Shown: positions 58,968 through 64,000 of the stretch, piece by piece | Layout of the letters: each line of letters begins with the position of its first letter | How positions within the stretch are numbered: position 1 is the first letter of the stretch | Assembly (NCBI GenBank): GCA_951406725.2 | Contig: OX597822.1 | Location: forward strand, 6,138,001-6,202,000 | DNA: 64,000 nucleotides | Direction: 5' to 3' | DNA from: Octopus vulgaris | Lineage: Eukaryota | Translations under genes and position numbers: made by a program | The notes under the pieces: model-generated | What the model was told of the DNA's origin: nothing | Seen by the model: the letters and a program-made list of their open reading frames with translations, nothing else | Databases searched by the model: none

Positions 58968-59352
58968 GGGCGGAAGCACTCCGTCGGTTACGACGATGAG
59001 GGTTCCGGTTGATCCGATCAACGGAACAGCCTGCTCGTGAAATTAACGTGTAAGTGGCTGAGCACTCCACAGACACGTGTACCCTTAACGTAGTTCTCAG
59101 GGATATTCAGCGTGACACAGAGAGTGACAAGACCGGCCCCTTGAAATACAGGTACAACAGAAACAGGAAGTAAGAGTGAGAGAAAGTTGTGGTGAAAGAG
59201 TACAGCAGGGATCACCACCATCGCTGCCGGAGCCTCGTAGAGCTTTAGGTGTTTTCGCTCAATAAACACTCACAGCGCCCGGTCTGGGAATCGAAACCGC
59301 GATCCTACGACCGCGAGTCCGCTGCCCTAACCACTGGGCCATTGCGCCTCCA
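58968..59352 (-). mobile_element. SINE family 3 (tRNA-Arg-like head, resembling the octopus OR-type SINEs), full length
   Basis: GGAGGCGCAATGGCCCAGTGGTTAGGGCAGCGGACTCGCG..GGTTTCGATTCCC; TSD cacatgtacacatat at 58953-58967 and 59351-59365. Confidence 0.9.
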
Positions 59353-60066
59353 CATGTACACATATACTAATACACACGCACACAGTATTACTGCTCAAAT
59401 ATAGTTGATAAGGAAGCATTACTCTTAACGGTACAATATAGACACGTTTATATATATGCGTGCGTGTTTGTGTATTTATATATATGATACTTTTTATATA
59501 AAACAATATTAACTTGGAATTTCTGACGTAATACGAAGAAATAAACAACAGAAAATATGCTTTATACAAAATTAATTTGAAAATAATGTAAGTTTAAAGT
59601 ACAAATTGTAAAAGAAATACAAAGCAAATATCACATATCAAATTATGTATTTGATAAAAATATTTCGTATATATTTCGTACATATATGTATTGCTCGTCA
59701 TTCGTATTGTTTTTTCATTTTCATTGGTGTATGTACATATTTATATATGTATGTGTTTCAGTTTGATAATTGACTGCCTGCAAACTTGGTTTCGCATATA
59801 TTCATACGCAATCACTCACAACTGCACGCATCTGTGAGCGTTGTATACGTAAAGCTTCGGTACTCTTTTTCTCGCCTACTATTTTACTCTATTTTCATTT
59901 TATTGCAAATTCACATTCAGTTTCAATTTACATTGTATACATTTCAGTGGGAATGTATGTGAATGTACAATATAGATACACACTCACACACACACACAAC
60001 TGACTCACTGACGCACACGCACACTCACCCATATATAAAATAAATGTATGTATGTATGAATGTATG

Positions 60067-60115
<49 letters not shown>

Positions 60116-60118
60116 CTA

Positions 60119-60158
<40 letters not shown>

Positions 60159-60264
60159 TATATATAGATATATATCTACCGGATTAAGCACATATATGTG
60201 AAACAAGGTGCAAAAAAGAGTATTCAGATACCAGAGGTAGAGTAATATGCTATTAAATAAAGAA

Positions 60265-60337
<73 letters not shown>

Positions 60338-60532
60338 CTCTATCTATCTATCTGTCTGTCTATATATATATATATATATATATATACATACATTCATACA
60401 TGCATGCATATATACATATATACATACTTACATACATGCACGCATGCATACATACATATATACGTACGCATATACATTTATTCATACATTTATTCATACA
60501 TACATACATACATACATACATACATACATACA

Positions 60533-60563
<31 letters not shown>

Positions 60564-60653
60564 GTATAAATAAATAGTAGTGTCACGGCGTGCAATATTC
60601 AATATCGTAACGAAGACGCCCCAAACCATTAGCTAGATTGGCGTAATACTAAA

Positions 60654-60705
<52 letters not shown>

Positions 60706-60976
60706 TCTTTATCGTGTATCTTTTATTGTTTTCAATCATTTGACTGTTGCCATGCTGGGGCATCGCCTTGAAGTGTTTTAGTTGAAGAAATCGATAGTCA
60801 GGATTTGTTTGTTCTTAACGCCCAGTTCTTATTCCATCAATCTCGTATGCCGAACCGTTAAGTTACAATGACGTAAACACGCCAGCATCGATTGGCAAGT
60901 GGTAGCGGTGGGAGAATACAGACACAAAGACATACTCACATAGATATATGCATGCATACATACATACGTATATATG

Positions 60977-61360
60977 AGGAAGCACTCCGTCGGTTACGAC
61001 GACGAGGGTTCCGGTTGATCCGAATCAACGGAACAGCCTGCTCGTGAAATTAACGTGTAAGTGGCTGAGCACTCCACAGACACGTGTACCCTTAACGTAG
61101 TTCTCGGGGATATTCAGCGTGACACAGAGAGTGACAAGGCCGGCCCTTTGAAATACAGGTACAACAGAAACAGGAAGTAAGAGTGAGAGAAAGTTGTGGT
61201 GAAAGTGTACAGCAGGGATCACCACCATCCCCTGCCGGAGCCTCGTGGAACTTTTGGGTGTTGTCGCTCAATAAACACTCACAACGCCCGGTCTGGAAAT
61301 CGAAACCGCGATCCTACGACCGCGAGTCCGCTGCCCTAACCATTGGGCCATTGCGCCCCC
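60977..61360 (-). mobile_element. SINE family 3, full length
   Basis: Near-identical to 58968-59352. Confidence 0.9.
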
Positions 61361-61376
61361 ACACATATATATACCC

Positions 61377-63340
61377 GGATCTATACAAAGAGGAATCGCT
61401 CAGGCAACTTCGACATCCCAACTTCTATCGCCTCTTCCCATCGGAGCCCACCTCCTTCTACCAACAGCGCGTGTCCTCCACCATCCATGACCTCGTATCC
61501 TCATCTACCCTTCCTCCACTACCACCAACCTCATCGTCCGAACACCCCGTGCCTCCACCATCTGTTTCCTTTACAAAATACATAAACCCGACAACTCTGG
61601 CCGCCCTATCGTTTCTGCCTGTAATTGTCCCACCGAACTCATTTCAAAATACCTTGACCGCATCCTGTCCCTTTTAGTTGCTACCCTACTATCTCACATA
61701 CTAATCACGCCCTTCACCCCTTCAATTCCTTTTCCTTCTCCCCGGCCCCTCACACCTCTTCTTCACCTTGGACATCAAATCCCTATACACAGTGATTCCC
61801 CACAACGACGGTCTCTTAGCATTCCAATACTTCCTCGACCGTCAACCTGACCCCACAACCCAGCAATTCCACCCTTCTTCTCTGACAGAGCTCGTCCTCA
61901 CCCTAAACTTCTTTACGTTCGCCGGGGAGACCTACCAACATGTTGCCTGGGGTCGCGATGAGAACGAGAATGCGCCAAACTAATTGTTGGTCATATTGAG
62001 GCCCAAGTATTCTCCCAATTCTCCGGGCTGACCCCAGAGCTATACGGTCGCTACTTGGACACCTGCATAGGCGCCATCTCCCTCTCCTGCAATCAACTCT
62101 GTCACTTCATCTCTTTACTCTCTAACTTGTATGCCTCACTCCAATTTACCTCTACCGTCTCTAACACATCGGTTAACTTCCTAGATATCTCTTATCATTG
62201 TCCTTATATCTCACTTTTACCACCTCTGCCTTCTTCAAACCCACAGATTTTTACCTCTCCCTGAACTTCTCCTCCACCCATCTCTCCCACACTAAACGGG
62301 CCTTTCCCTACTCCCAGTTCCTCCTCCTCTGACTCTTGTGCAGCCGGTACCAGAAATTTGAGACCCACTCCCAGTACCTTGCGCGCCTGTTCATGCATCG
62401 AGGATTCCCCTCGACCCTTGTTCAAACCGCCCTTGCCCGCGCTGGTCGAATCCATCGCACCACTCCCCTCTTCTTCCCCACACCAATCCCCTAACCGCAC
62501 CCTATTTCCTCTCCGTTTCCACCCCTCCACCCTACACCTTCGTCGGAGGATCCTACGGGCCTTCCGTCGTCTCCAGCTAAGATCCCACTACCCACATCAT
62601 TTTCACCAACCCACCCTTGTCCTCCTTTAAACGAGCCCGAAACCTACGCGATCTACTGGTCCGTATCACCTTCTCCTCTTCCCCCAGCCCCACCTGGATC
62701 CTTCCCTTGGTCTAGATCCCGCTGCCACACCTGCCCTTTCATCACCAACACCACCTCCCTCACTGGTTCGAACCACAACCAGTGCACTCTCCACATTAGT
62801 GCACACTCCTTCTCCTGCACCTCTTCAAGCCTTATCTATTGCATTAGATGTAATCTCTGTAATAAACTCTACGGAGGCTAGACGGGTCGCCAGCTGGCCG
62901 CCCGGTTTGCCAAACATCTATGTGATGTTCGGCTACGCACGGACACCACCGTCGCACGTTATTTCTTATTTCTTTATTGCCCACAAGGGGCTAAATACAG
63001 AGGGGACAAACAAGGACAGACAAACGGATTAAGTCGATTATTATATCGATCCCAGTGCGTAACTGGTACTTATTTAATCGACCCGGGAAGGATGAAAGGC
63101 AAAGTCGACCTCGGCGGAATTTGAACTCAGAACGTAGCGGCAGACGAAATACCGTTAAGCATTTCGCCCGACGCGCTAACGTTTCTGCCAGCTCGCCGTT
63201 ATTTCTGCTTGACTAACCACTCCCCCTCTAATATCTCCGTCTCTGTCCTCGCCCTGCCCCACGGATCCACACACACGTGACTTCGCCTAGAACAGAGTTA
63301 CGTTTCCAGTCAACAGATACAAATTCCTCTCCGACTCAAT
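61377..63340 (+). mobile_element. Penelope-like element, decayed RT plus GIY-YIG
   Basis: DIKSLYTVIPHNDGL, ELVLTLNFFTF, GVAMRTRM, LYGRYLDTC, VNFLDIS, KRARNLRDLLV, LIYCIRCNLC..Y; probable pLTR remnant at ~63795-63920. Confidence 0.9.
62960..63198 (-). mobile_element. SINE family 2 monomer nested in the Penelope-like element
   Basis: Full head, core and tail. Confidence 0.9.
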
Positions 63341-63917
63341 ACAACCCCCTCCTCTTAACGACTATCTCTACAAACTTTTTATTTTATCTACTAAATTTTA
63401 TTTGTGATTATCTTATTTTGTCCCCCCTTCCACCCCCTTACTTTTTCATACTCTTACCCCTTCTCCCTTTTTCAAATATTTTTTATATAATTTACTTTCT
63501 CTTGTTGTTTAACTTTTTAAGTGCATTATTTTTTATAATTGTATTAATTTCTATTTTATCCCTTTAATTTTTATTTTATATCTCATTTTTTATCTTGTAT
63601 CTGCTAATTTTTGTATTTTTTACACGTAGTACCCTTCCCCCTTTTTTATCAAGCTTATTTTATTATAGTTTATTTTATTTCTATATACACGCACACACAC
63701 ATACACCCACGTACATATACACACACACGAAAAAATACACGCACCCGTGCACACACATGCGCACACACACATACATGCGCGCACACACACCCGTACAGGA
63801 AGAAGAGGGTCTGCTCGAAACGTTAAACCATCTTTGTTACCCTGAGCGCCTGCTAATACTTTACATGTACCACGTCCTCGGGTTGTTTTTTGTGCTTCTT
63901 CTTCTTTTTTGGGATTT

Positions 63918-63962
<45 letters not shown>

Positions 63963-64000
63963 ACATATATATGTACACACATACATACATACATACATAC

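Noticed and set aside
59280-59352. tRNA genes at SINE heads (also 44320-44390, 47360-47433, 61290-61360)
   Set aside because: A/B boxes are present but there is no clean acceptor stem, and each continues into a multi-copy SINE body

Overview
This is eukaryotic, AT-rich, repeat-dense DNA with no intact protein-coding gene that I can support. The SINE families, the (TA)n/(TAA)n/(TCTA)n load and the retroelement set resemble a coleoid cephalopod (Octopus-like) intergenic or intronic region; that assignment is inference. Most ORF-track entries are microsatellite or antisense-TE artefacts. Supported content: a 3'-truncated U6 retrocopy with an 11-bp TSD; at least four tRNA-derived SINE families; fragments of RLE non-LTR retrotransposons (Dong/R4-like in (TAA)n, HERO-like, CRE-like); CR1/L2-like and RTE-like 3' ends; two Penelope-like elements with minimal hammerhead-like motifs; a deleted maT/mariner; and a TIR-complete Chapaev3-like transposon. 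The most interesting signals are SINE-LINE shared 3' tails with a covarying stem-loop, a fixed SINE dimer junction at three loci, a TAA-targeted non-coding retroposon, two long inverted duplications and possible decayed host-gene relics. Family names come from motif recall, not database searches. Edges of degenerate elements are approximate.
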